Shown here: piece after piece, positions 13,581-25,818 of the stretch
How positions within the stretch are numbered: position 1 is the first letter of the stretch
How the letters are laid out: every line of letters begins with the position of its first letter
From: Lama guanicoe
Lineage: Eukaryota
Length of the DNA: 64,000 bases
NCBI GenBank assembly: GCA_013239625.1
Contig: MU053487.1
Span: 2,873,058 to 2,937,057 of the forward strand
Direction of reading: 5' to 3'
Notes under the pieces: generated by a model
The model's database searches: none
Told to the model about the DNA's origin: nothing
What the model saw: only the letters and a program-made list of their open reading frames with translations
Made by a program: the position numbers and the translations under genes

Positions 13581-13789
13581 ATCTACCACCTGGTCCAAGT
13601 TCCATACACATTAGCTCTGTCTTCTTAGCCTTCAGGCAGCCCAGCCAGAGTGAGGATCTTATTCTTGGAGGGTAGCTTGGGGCCTGAGGACTGGCCAGCA
13701 ACTGTAGGTGGTGGAGCAAAGAAAACACTTGAAAGGTCCCACTGTAGACCTGATAGCATCAGCATGTGGTGGCAGCCAACAAGGTAATG

Positions 13790-13915
13790 AGTGTTTAATC
13801 CTTACAGCAAGATTGTGGGGTAGAAATTACCATCTGTATTTTTATGGGGAGGTAACTTAAGGCACCACTTGGTAAGTGATAGAACTAAGATTTGAACCTT
13901 AGTCAGTTGGAAAAC
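13790..13915 (-). mobile_element. MIR SINE fragment
   Basis: tttaatccttacagcaa...ggtaagtgatagaactaagatttgaacct. Confidence 0.6.
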
Positions 13916-16560
13916 AATCGTGTGATCACAAGCTGAGAAGTTTCCAGGGCCCCAGTTCCCTCCCCTGGAAAGCAGCCTCACTTTGCTGTTCAGAGCCCCT
14001 GCCTGTTGCCTGGCGTGGATAATGCAGGAGGCATCCTTCCCGAAGTGGACCTAGAGAAGATGCTGAGGAACAGTAATTAAATGAGTCCATGTTTAAGAGG
14101 CACTTAAGTGAATTAAAATCGATCCGTGAGTCATGTAAGTCTGCATAGCCGTCTTCACTGGCATCCTTAACGTTTGGCGGCTGGAGTGCTTTGTTTGAAA
14201 AGATCCTGGTTTGCTTAGAACTGGCAGGCCCATTGAAGCAGCTCTGCCCTGCTTCCTGCATTAGAGAGAGAGAGAGAGTTTCCAAGAGCCGGGAGGCCAC
14301 TCGTTTAAAGCCTGAAATGCTCTACTGACACGAGGTTGGCGTTCCCCTCCCTGAGGCAGGGGGAGGAGGGAGGTGGGTGTTTCTGTGATGCTCTCTTTCC
14401 CACTGTCTCAGTCTGGGTTCCCTAGAATGAAATCCTAAGACGAGACATCATTTCAAAGTAATTTACTAGGATGTGTTTCTGGAAGAAACTATGAGGGCAA
14501 TGGGGAAGGAGGCCCAGCAAAGGTATGATAGCAAAGTCCTCTGGGGAAGGAGGGGTGTGAGGAAGACAGTGGATAACTTGGGCACAATCCAAAGTACAGG
14601 TTACATAGTGTTGCAGTCAGGGGCAGGGGAGCTTGGTTAAGGGTCCCCCCAAAGAAGTATGAATTCCCAGGCCCTCCCGTCTCTCCACGTTCACTGGCAA
14701 AGCGAGTTCCAGCAGCCCAAGGGCTGTCCCCCAACAAAGGACACACCCAAGTGCTCGTGGCCGGGAAGTCGGTGCATGTGGCTGTGCGGGGTGAAGAGGC
14801 CCTTGGGGACACAGACGGAGCGCAGCCCTGCTGTGAGCGAGATGGTGTGTATCTGTCTCACCATCTGAAGCAGAACTAAAAACCAGTGTTTTAGAAAGCA
14901 AGACGACTGAAACATGTTCAAGAGGAGAATAAAGAATCGGTGAAACTGTCCTGTGGGAGAGAGACACAGAAATGCTGATCAGTCCCTTCCTTTCGCCTGC
15001 TCAGAGCCTGGGAAGCAAGCAATAATACACCAGTCCGTTCACCGCTCCCCACAACCGAGCTTGCTTCTGACGCAATCCTAAATTTAGTTTATTCCCGCCA
15101 GTTCAGAACAGACCTCCTGGGGCTTAGGCAGTCTTAGGAACCTGCAGCTCATCCTTTTCTTAAAGAACAAGGAAATAGAACTTTTTCATCAGCCACTCTA
15201 GTCTGCATTTGAAACCTCGCCATTAAAATAACCAAGAGCATCTCCTCCTCCTTGTGCTTGGAAGTCATAACTAGCTGATTAATTAAAATGTTGAAACTAA
15301 GTATAGAGAAAACCAAGTAGCATCCTAGAAAGCAAAGCCTGGCTCCGTTGTTCTTGAAAATACAGAAAAGCATGTAACTTGAGCATTTAGTTATGTTAGG
15401 GGGTCCTTCTTAATTCAGAGCTGGCCATTGTTCTCGTTGTGTATTGACCATGGAGGTTCTTGGCAGAGGCTTTTCCTTGAATACCTAAGATACAGCCCGA
15501 GCTCCCTTCTCTGTCCTTTCCTCGTGGCCATTCCCTGAAGCTTGAACCCTCAGCTGATACGTTTCTTCGTTAGCTCAGCCACCAAGGCAGTTACTCTGTG
15601 TCTGACATGTAACAGAAAAGCTTGCTTAGGACAGGGACACAGCTGTGGTGCTATAGTCACTGCAGGGACCAGTTCTCAGGCTTTTAATCTGCTAGGTGCA
15701 GTTCTGAACAAGAAGATCCTCAGCACAATCTTGCCATTTTTATGAATGGGATTTTTGGTTATTGTCACTTGTCACAGCTTTTGACCTATGTGTTTAAATG
15801 GTGAACTAAATTTCCCCACTGAAGTCAGCACTGATGGGGATCTCTGGTGGATCACCGTCTGATGTTGGATTCCATAATTTAAAGAACTTGTAGATTTTTT
15901 TTAATTAATTAAAAGGAAGGGTAAATCAACAGTAATCATAATGAAAGTATATAATGATAGTAAGTAATAATGAAATAGGACTAATGGCCGTGAGGTTGGG
16001 GGAAGTTAAGATTCTCTCGTCCAGGGAGACCGATGTCAGCCCTGGGAGCACACTTGGCCCAAGCACTCATCACAGCAGCATCCACGAGTCCTTCCTCACA
16101 CAGGTTGGTCTGTCTCCCTCCTCCCAGGCTGGAAGCATCCCCTGGAGACACGGAGGACTGTATTACAAAGGCATGTGACCCAATGAAGGACATTGGGGCT
16201 GCTTAATAAATAATTATTGAGCAAGAGAGTGAACAAAGGAATGTGAGACGCAACAGGAAACATACGAGTCTCATACATAAGAATCATTCTAGGGAAACTG
16301 TTTCCCATTTGGGACAAAATAAGAAACACTTGCTGAATGAATGGATGGGCTTCTCCGGACCAGCAGGGGACCGGCACCCTTGTTGGAGCTGGCCATGGTG
16401 TCTGCAGAGTTCATCTCTCTGAGTCACTGCCCCGGGGGCATGGTTGGCAGGGGCCAGTCTGAGGACTCAGGCAGGGAGGGCCAGAATAACATATTTTGTC
16501 CTCACCAGGCTTAGAACCCCAGGGAAAGCACTTTTTTTCCTTCTGCCTGGGTTTCAATCT

Positions 16561-16823
16561 TTTTTTTTTTAATTTCTTACTGAAGTGTAGTTGATTTACA
16601 GTGTTTCAGGTGTACAGCAGAGTGATTCAGTCATGCATATATGCACATATATATTTTTTTCTTTTCAGATTCTTTTCCATTATATGTTATTACAAAATAT
16701 TCAATATAGTTCCCTGTGCTATACAGTAGGGCCTTCTTGTTTATCTATTTTATATATAGTGATGTGTGTCTGTTAATCCCCACCCCCTAATTTATCTCTC
16801 CTACCAAAGTGGAAAGGGCAGGG
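16561..16823 (-). mobile_element. 5'-truncated L1 3' end with short 5' inversion and TSD
   Basis: Poly(T), antisense L1 3'UTR (aatatagttccctgtgctatacagtagg); TSD tgggtttcaatct (16548-16560) / tgggtctcaatct (16824-16836). Confidence 0.9.
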
Positions 16824-16877
16824 TGGGTCTCAATCTCTTAACCTCCAAAAGAGCAGGGACTGTGCTGCCCTCAGGGC

Positions 16878-17070
16878 CAGTGTTTCAAAGGGTGGCACCA
16901 ACATTGTAAATCAACTACACTTCAGGTGGGGGGGGTGGCATGGAACGTTTGCCTCAGATGGTTCAAAATCCAGATTTCTTGACCCTGCTTCTGCTCTAAA
17001 GAATCCCACTCTGGAGGGCGGGGCCTGCAATCTGCATCTTTAACAAGCATTTTAATGTAACCCCGCTTTT
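16878..17070. mobile_element. MER5-like element interrupted by a ~30 bp L1 tail (16898-16925)
   Basis: cagtgtttcaaagggtggc start; ggggcctgcaatctgcatctttaacaagc; insert caacattgtaaatcaactacacttca. Confidence 0.6.
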
Positions 17071-17789
17071 GAGGGTTCTTAGCTTGGGTTCATATTGGAA
17101 GCCCCCAGGGAGCTTTCAGCAAATGCTGGCTGTTAGCTTTGATTCACTGGGTCCACGGTGGGGCTTCCACCGGGGCCTGATTTACCAAGCTCCTCACAAA
17201 GTCATCACAGCCTTTCCAGCACCAGTATACAAATTGCAGAGAAGTGCCCCCTCTGGTGGTCCACAGCCTCTTGCCAGGGTGCAGGGTTTGGTGAGAGCTG
17301 CATGGGCTGGGTTTCAGCCCCCATCTCCCCCTCACCCAGGTCTCTTGTGCAGTGAACAGCCTGCACAGCTGTGCATGGTCTCTCTGGCTCTCAGGTGGTT
17401 CCGGTGCACACTCCAGTTAGGAATCAGTGGCAGGGGTGGCTATTAATAACCTTTGAAGGCTTTTGAGCAAAAGTGAGCAAAAGAGTGTGTTAGGATTCAT
17501 CTGGGGCAACTTATATACCAGGGTGGGGGACCGCGAGAGCAGGGCAGCCACAAAGAAGCTGTTTTACATTGGTCCAGGTTGGGGAAACCAGACAAGGAGC
17601 ATGTCAATAGGTGGGTCTCCAGCTCCAGAAAAGTATGTCCTCAGACAGTAGTCTGCAAAGAGCATGAGCTGTGTCCAGCTTTTTCTGTGGGGCAGAGAGC
17701 ACAGGAAGGTGATTTCCAGGGGTTGACATCATGTTTCCTGAGTGGTGGGTCAGTGACATAGAGCGGGACTTCTCGAATGGTCATTTTCA

Positions 17790-17926
17790 CAGAGGTTACC
17801 TGGAGATCTTGTTAAAACAGGACTTCTAACTCAGCAGGTCTGGGTGGGGACCTGAGAAGCTGTAGTTCTAACAGGTTCCCACAAGATGCTGATGCTGCCG
17901 GTCCAAGGACCACACTTTGAGTAGCT
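17790..17926. mobile_element. MER5A fragment
   Basis: ctaacaggttcccacaagatgctgatgctgccggtccaaggaccacactttgagtagc. Confidence 0.8.
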
Positions 17927-20900
17927 AGGCCCTTGGCAGCAAGGTCCTTCACAAATGAGCTTGAAGCTCGCAGGAGTGTAAGTGGGCCGATAGGTGGGAT
18001 GGAACTCTTCACTCCAAGTGCATTTCTAATATCAAGATTCCCAGCCAGGGTTTTAATAAGCACCCCTCCAACACTTGACTCCTACAAAACTTTTTCATCC
18101 AAACACCACTCATAAACTGTTTTTATGCCATGATGTTAAATTCTTTCCAGTCATTTCAGAAGAGGTCCCCACCTTGTAGAGTTTTCAGCCAGCCTGTGGG
18201 GCAGAGGAAGAGAGCTAGAAAATCAAAATAATTTGATTCATGAGATGGAATTTAACTTTGAACTCTTAGTTTGTTGATCAAGAATTTGCAGGCACTGGGG
18301 AATATATATATATATTAAAATCTAAGAATAGAAACCATTTTTTAAAAATCTAAGAATAAATCATCTGCCTCTCTGTACCAGGAGGGAAAACCTTCTGGAT
18401 AAAAATCAAACACTTTAATTACTTTTTAAGCCCAAGAAGACACGGTTTACTAGTCTGTTCACTTTGGGCTTTTCAGTTAGACCTGGTGGATTTATTTTTA
18501 TTTGTTTGTTTGTTTAGATTCTTAAGTTTGTATACCTATCATCCCGAAGGAGGCAATGACCAGCATTTGGGGAAGTGTTTTGATTTGTCTTCATCTTGGG
18601 AAAATATAAAGATGAGATCTGAGCAGGGCTGATGGGGGGACTAAGGAGGGACATGTTACAGGAATAAGACAGCTTGTTCAAGTCATTGCTGATTCTTACT
18701 GTCTTTTTGATGCAATATTATTTTTATTCATTTGAAAGCTTTCAAAGCACTTTTTTTCTAAGGGCCAAGAGGACCATTTGGGAGGAGACTTCCCTGTCTC
18801 CACTTTGATCAGATAATTGCTCTTCCTGGGACAGCTGATCTCCCCCTGCCTGTGACAGGGACGGGGTTGTTTAAAGTGCACGCTCCAAACCTAACTCTCC
18901 TTAGCTTCCAAGGGGAATTTTTCTTTAACAGTTATGTGGTTCATCTGTCTCAAACATTTGTTTTGACTATAGCTCCTGCTGGCTTCACTTTTTTAGGCTT
19001 GGAAAGACAAACCCAGAAGAGTTGGGCCCTTTGCTTCCGAATGGAGGTTTACACAGAATGTTACAAAGGAACTTGTTTTATAGTGCTGGCTCTGCCCCGC
19101 TCTTCCAAAACCACCACGTGTGCCGGTCATCACCTCTGTTCCCCTAGACTGTTAGTTGCCAGCCTCCATCAGGCAGGAGGTCTACAACTGCTGCCCCAGC
19201 CTCACCAGGCCATCTGCCGCAACTGGCATCTGTCCTGGCATCCCGTGTGCTCCAGGCTCCTTAGAGGCTCAATGGGTTGACGCTCCCCATCTGCTCAGGC
19301 TCAGTTCCCGTGGGTTCTTTGGGAGAGGGTGAGGGGAGGACCCTGTCTGTTCCTTGTTTGGCGTTGCCCACCCTGGGCCCCGTCTCATTCGTTCTCATAT
19401 CGCCAGCTAGGAAACCCTGGGCAAGTGCTCTAGTGTTTGTATTCCAGCTTCCTCCTCGTAAAAAGAGGAGCTGCCTGGCACAGAATGAGCCAGTACTGAG
19501 GACAGGCTGCCTGTCTGCTCCATTTCTACAGCTCTCAGCATTAGCAGCCCAGTGCCCGTCCTGGAAGGCAGATGTTATGGCTTCATCTTACAGGAGAGAA
19601 GTGGAAGCTTGGAGAAACGCCAGTTCATTTTCCTGACGACACATGGCTCTTATATATCTGAGCCAGTCATCAGAACTGGGACAGGGGTGCCAAAGCGTGT
19701 GCACGTCTAGGCCACAAGCCCATGTGCTTTTCTTCATAGGGAGAAATTGCATGGGCCCTGTCCCAAAGGATTCCCCTCTGGGAATAGGACTGGTTTTTCT
19801 GCTGAGGTTCAGGCTGAGTCATCCTTGAAGGGGGCCAATAGAGTATTTCCTGGGAATCAACTTTCTATTAAGTCATGGGGCCAGGTGATTGGGAATCCCT
19901 GCTCACCTTTGACTCCTCAGTGAATCAGAGAATTGGGATAAAATGCTTCCAAAATTCATTGAATTCTCTATTAACTGAGTTAACGCAGAGCTTACCAGCT
20001 ACAGGGTCACAGCTCATGTGCCTGAAAGAAAGGAACGGGGTCTTAGATGAATGCCAAACTGCCAAACTGCAGCTGGACATTGGACACTCAGGGTCATCCT
20101 CAGTGTGACAGACACATGAGAAAGTAGCCAGCAGGAAGTTAAACTTCACACTCGCCCTGGCGCCCAGCGTAAGCCCTGACCAGACTTCGCAGATTTGCTG
20201 CTCCCACAGAGCACTGTGTTGGTGGTCAAAGAAAGCTCTGCTCTAGAGCGAAATCAGATGCTGTGTGATTGGGAGGAAGGAGCCCCAAGGCCAAGGAGGC
20301 TCGCTAACTTCATTATCTGATCCTTCCTGCCAACCACACCGCACGTTACAAGCAGGGATGGAGCTTGGCTCCACTGGCCAAGCTCCCGGGACTGGGATAG
20401 CCGAGGTATGTCTGGAAAAGAGAGAGACTTTGCCAAGGCAAGCATCTCCCATGCCAGGCAGACCTGCACATAAGCTGCTGCTTGCAGTCCCTTCATCTGA
20501 ATCCCCGAGGAGCCAAGGCCCCTTCAAGTAATAAGGGCAAACTCAGGCGCTACTAAGTGTCAGGTGCTGAAAATCCAGCGGCAAATGTGCACTAACCAAG
20601 TACACTCTCATCATGTGTCCTAAAAAAAAATGTTAATTGATGTTTTCCTGATCCTGTGTCTTGGTGGGAAAAAAAAAGTAGAAAATTTAAACTGGATCAC
20701 CCCATCTCCAGGGAGAAACCTTGACAGTGTTTTACAGCCTTGGCTGTCCCTGCTAGCCAAGGAAAAGTGGAACTGGGAAAAAGGCCACTTTTGTGAATCT
20801 GTTTAAAATAGGGTCCCAAATTTCGTAGTAAAATTTTTTCCTTTGCATGTTTTGTTTGGGACTTTCCTTGAAAAATGAAACTACAGATTATGAAAATGAG

Positions 20901-21021
20901 TTTCTGTTACTCTACACTTAACAGCTCTTGGAACATTGTAATTATAATTGTCAAGGATGTCTGAGACCCAAGGCAAAAAGCTTATTTGCTTTAGTAGCAT
21001 CTTGAAAATAGCAGAGCATTA

Positions 21022-21146
21022 TAGGTTATTACAAGATGTTGAATATAGTTCCCTATGCTACACAGTAGGACCTTGTTGTTTATCTATGTGCTGCACACCA
21101 GAAACTAACACAACATTGTAAATCACCTACGCTTCCATTTAAAGAG
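21022..21146 (+). mobile_element. Miniature L1 insertion with inverted 5' half and 14-bp TSD
   Basis: Antisense L1 3'UTR segment 21022-21087, then sense terminal segment; TSD atagcagagcatta (21008-21021) / atagcagtgcatta (21147-21160). Confidence 0.88.
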
Positions 21147-22247
21147 ATAGCAGTGCATTAATTTCTGAAACAAAAGAAGTGACTGAGTGCCTAATGGGCA
21201 GTTTTTGGACGTGAATATACCTATTATGTCATAAGGTAACGTGCTTCATGTCATGCTTTTTTTTTTTTAGAACAATTGCAGAAAGGTTGACTTTTACAAT
21301 GACATATTTTCCCCAAGGACTTCTCTTGATCTTTTGTATTTAAATCCTCACCTTCTGAAGCATCTTAAAGTGTTATCATCCAAGACTAATTTTGACCTTT
21401 TCAACAGCTAACTGATCTAACTGAACTGCCAGATCCAGATGTATCAGTGGCTGTCAGCAGTTTGAGCGGTTTTCGATCATCGCTTTCATTGATTTCATGA
21501 AAGCCTGCATCTTTGCAGCCAGGTTTTAGTAGATCTGCACTGTCTTTGAATTGGGTTATCAGATTCTACACTGACTGGCAATCAGGGACAGAGGGTAGAC
21601 AGTTTGTTCCCTGGTCCGCATTCCCTGTCAGCTGAGAACCGATCATCATAAGTCTTGCAACAGTGCTGAAGTTAAGTTCTCTGAGCTGAAGTCAGTGTGA
21701 GCAATGATTGGGGCATGAAAGGAATCAGAGCCAAGGGGAAGCCTGGTCCCTGGAATCTCTTCCGTGTACCTCCTGGTGGGTACCTGGCAGAGGTAGTAAG
21801 TACCCTCCTCCCACCAGCTCACTATTCCTGATGATGTCAAAAGCCAGCAGACAGCTTAGTTTAGCCACATATGCCCCCAGAGTTTATTTGTTAAAGTTTC
21901 CCTAGGAATTTCTATGCCTACAGGATGTCTGCCTGACTTCCAGAGGGCAGGTGGTGCCTGGCTCCATAATGACTCTGTTTTTTTAAGCTTATTCCCTAGG
22001 CATGATCTGAAACCAGACGAAGTGGGTGCTGATGCTGCTTCAGGGTAAAGTGCTCCCCCAGTGGAGGGAGTTATGCCGATGACTTTAAAACCTGCAGTTA
22101 GAAAGTTTTCTCCTGGTTAGTGTGGAGCTGAACAAGATTTATTACCACATGCATGTTCCCCCTCCGTTGCCTCTCCCCACCCGGGGACAAATGCCCAGTA
22201 CTTTCCAGAAGCTCTCAGTGCCAGCAGCCTCTCTATAAAGAGCATTG

Positions 22248-22625
22248 TCTGCGGTCAGGTTCCCCAGAGCAGAACCTGAGACGGGGATTCCTGTGCAAGT
22301 GATTTATTACAGAAATGCTCTTGGGAGATGAGGCGTGAAGTGGGGCAGAATGGGGCAGAGGAAGGAGCCAAACAAGGATGTGCTCTCTGCCTCCTCCCCT
22401 AGGGGCTCTGGAATATGAGTTGCACAGCACAGCTGGTCTCACTGTGAGGCAAAGGGGGCGGCCTTTGCATCCATGTCAATCAAAGCCCTTTGCACCCAGG
22501 TCAATCGTAGGCTGCAGGATGCTTGCGAGAAGGGGCATTGTAACCTCCCAGGCAAAGCTGCTTCCACTCAGCTAGGGACTGTTGAACCCATCTGGGAAAG
22601 GGGTTCTGGGTGTAGCACCTATGCT
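22248..22625. mobile_element. ERVL-type LTR (LTR16/LTR33-like)
   Basis: ggtcaggttccccagagcagaacctgagacggggattcctgtgcaagtgatttatt terminus. Confidence 0.65.
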
Positions 22626-25079
22626 GTCCATCCCGGGAGTCACAGTGTTTGCCAAAGCCCCCGTTCTGGGAGGCTCTTTCCCTCATAGCTGCAGTAGGAG
22701 AGCGGAATATAGAATTAAAGCCTTTTGGTCAAGGGGACTTTCATAGCCATGGGAGGGCCATGTTGGGGCTGACAGGTGGCAGAAGGGTGACCGTGACATC
22801 CCTCCCTGTGCTACCCCCCAGGAGCGCATGAGCGTGAACTGGATTCTCAGTGCCCTTGTTCCTGGAGAATTCTTTGTTTTTCCCCCTTTTTTGCTTGTCC
22901 CCACCAAGCTCCAGCCCAAATTCTGTGATTTCTAGTAGACTGAGAAGTGTAGAGGAGAGACTTGGAATAATGCAGTAAATACTGGTTTAAATATTATTTT
23001 CTAGCATTTTGGAATTCACAGAAATAAGGTAGTTCAGAAGTTCTTGGATAACTGAAAGCAGTCTTAGATCAGAGCTAAGCCATCAGAGGTCCCCTCAAGT
23101 TCCAGAGTCAGTGTTTAAAGCCACAGTCAGTCCTTCACACCCATGTAAATAAATACCCGAAGGAAATCTTTAGGGCAATAATAAATCTTAAAGAACAGAA
23201 AGACTTTTGACTTAAATTGACACCCTCTCTACTGGTTTGAGAGGGATTTCAGTGGGGTTTTCAACTTTCCAAAAGGAGTCTGGAACTGGGCTGAATAATG
23301 TAATTTGTGTATATGCTGGGACGCTCTTGAGAATAATTACACCAGGACAGCAGACATGAATCAGGACTGTCTAAGGGAGAGAAGGTCACCTAGGCTTGGG
23401 ATCGCTGCTTTTAATGCCCATACCGATTAGCTAGGATTTAGAATAGCTTCAACTTGGGCCAATTGTGGACATTACTTATGGGGGAAGGAGTATCAGGAAG
23501 AGGATGGTGGCAAGACACCACCTACAGAGGATCATTAGGTCTGATCTTTGGGCCCCACAGTTAAGACGGCATTTGAGCAATTATTCTCTGGTTTTCTGTA
23601 CTGAACTTCCCAATATGTGTCCTCAAGGTTCCAAGAACTGCCGGTCACAGTGCCGTGTCAGTGTCTGTTTCTGTGCTGGGAGGCCTTCCCCGTCTAAACT
23701 GTGAGCTCTTCAAGGACAGGGACTGTTATCTTTCAGACCTGCATCCTCAGTGCTGATCATGGGAGGCGATGACCCAGCCTCCCAATGGATATTCAGGGTC
23801 TATTCTGAATCCTGTGCCCTGTCTGTGTTACGTATGTGAACTTACCGCCCGTGAATGTTTGGCCGACAAGGTGGATGAAGAAAACCTGGGAGGAGGGGCT
23901 GAGGAAAAGTGTTCCTGAAGTTGGGAACAGCCTTAACAAAAGTGTGGAAATGATACCAGGAGGAGGGTATTTGTAGAATAGTAATGTATGTGCTCAGGGG
24001 ACAGCGGGCCTATAACAGGTACGGGCCAAATCGGATGCCAGTGTTAAGATTCTGAGCCTTATTCTGTTCACAATGGAGACAGGCATTTTAAGAAGGTTCT
24101 TCAAGCAGCCTGTAGAATGGACCAAAGAAAGGAAAACTCAGAGCAGTGGCTCCCACTCATCACACAGCAGGACACTTACCTTGTCATCTACCACGTATTG
24201 AAAATGCTTATTGCAAGCCCCACAATCAGAGTCTGCTACTCAGACCACTGTGGTGTGGCCCAGGAATCTGCTCCCAAGCCGATTCTCATGCAGGAGGTCC
24301 CAAGTCCACATGAGGGATACTCACTAAGGTCATGGAGGACCATTAGAAAATTTACAATCACTGACATCGGTTATCCCCATAAACAAATCATTAAGTGCCC
24401 AGCTCAATGAATTTTCACAGTAATCACACCTGAGAACATCCCCAGCATCTCAAGATCTCTCTTCCTCTCACTACCTCCCTAATGATTATCTTGACTTCTA
24501 ACCCTACAGATAAGTTATTTATTTTCTGCTGTTTCTTACCTTTTGTGTGTTTGATAATGTTTATAATATACTAGTATAGGCGTATATGTGTATAACTGAT
24601 AACTCAAAAAGTATTTTGTGATAAGTGCTCAGATTTTTTTTCCTAATTGGACACACAGTTTTGAAAAGTGTACTTCACCTTTCTAACTGGCAAGGTTGGT
24701 CTGAGCTGAGGGGCAGGTTTTGGAAATTGGAGGAGGTAGCCTGGGTGGCGTTTCAGAACTGGAATCCACGCGAGTTGGCCCCTCCTGGCTACTGTTGTGT
24801 TGTTGGCTGGGGCCGATTCCCTCTTAGAAAATCAGGGCCCCAGAAAGGGAAGGAGATAGGTTTTAGAGTTAGTGGAGAATGACCTTGGAGAAGTCCCATG
24901 GCCTCACTGAACTCCAGTGCCCCGGCTTCGGGCCATCCCGGCAGTGCTAGTTCTGTGCTGGGCCTTGTCCTTTTCCAGAATCAGCAACCATTCTGTCTCC
25001 CCTTGGAACTCCTGGTTTGGCCTCAGTGACACAGAGGCCTTGTGGGTTAGGACGAGGCTCCCGCTTGCCTTGGACCTGG

Positions 25080-25450
25080 GTTGTAAACGCTGTGTCCAGG
25101 TGGAGAGACGGCAGCCCCCTCCCACGGCCCCACGCCTCTTTTCTCGCGCCTGCGTGCGGAGTCCAGCCCCGCGCCTGCGCTGGAGGCCCCTCACCCCTCA
25201 CCCCCCGCCCCCAAGGCCAGCCGGGAGCAGCTCCTCCCGCGCCGCTTCAGGCTGTGGAAAGAAGCCCTGTTTTCCTCAGTATGTTTGTCTTTCTGGAACT
25301 AGTAAGGTTTTGAAAGGCAGGATTAGGCCGTGGGCTTAGGAGAAAGGGTCCAGAAAGGAGACTTCGTTGCCGTTTAATCCAAAGCTAAGCAGGCGTCCAG
25401 TTCACGCGCGGCGCGGCCCGGCCCGCGCCGTGTCACCAGGAGAGCATGGG
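25080..25450. promoter_or_regulatory. Intragenic CpG-dense patch with NRF1-like and GC-box motifs
   Basis: 16 CpG counted in 25081-25260; GCGCCTGCGT (25146) and GCGCCTGCGC (25171); CCCCGCCC (about 25203); regulatory role is inferred. Confidence 0.45.
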
Positions 25451-25731
25451 GTTCAGAGCCAGAGCATTAGTTAGGAAAGCAGAGTGGTTTTGTCGTCTGC
25501 ACCTGTCTTCCCAGGGACCCTCCGGCAGGGCGGGCGGTCAGAGGAGGCCCGGGGACAGCCTGTCAGGGGCTCCTCAGCCCAACACGGCCCACAGTGGCCG
25601 TTGTCTGAGAACTTTCCATAAAGCAGGACCCTGTCTGCTGAGGTCTCCATTTGCACCCCCACACACACACACACTTGCCATACACCTGTCTAGATGCAGC
25701 CAGCCCACCTGTTGGGCCTTTTGTCTTTCAG

Positions 25732-25818
25732 GAGGAAATGGGCATTTCCTGTGAACTGCTGGAGTCCGACTTCCTCAAATGCAGTGTGGGGTTTCCTTTC
25801 ATGAGGTCGAAGTCCAAG
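25732..25818 (+). CDS. ITGA9: Integrin alpha-9 internal coding exon (probably exon 19), EEMGISCELLESDFLKCSVGFPFMRSKSK
   Basis: Acceptor ttttgtctttcag|GAG, donor AAG|gtaagg; 87 nt, phase 0-0; peptide recognised as integrin alpha-9 leg region; joins in frame to the next exon. Confidence 0.96.
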
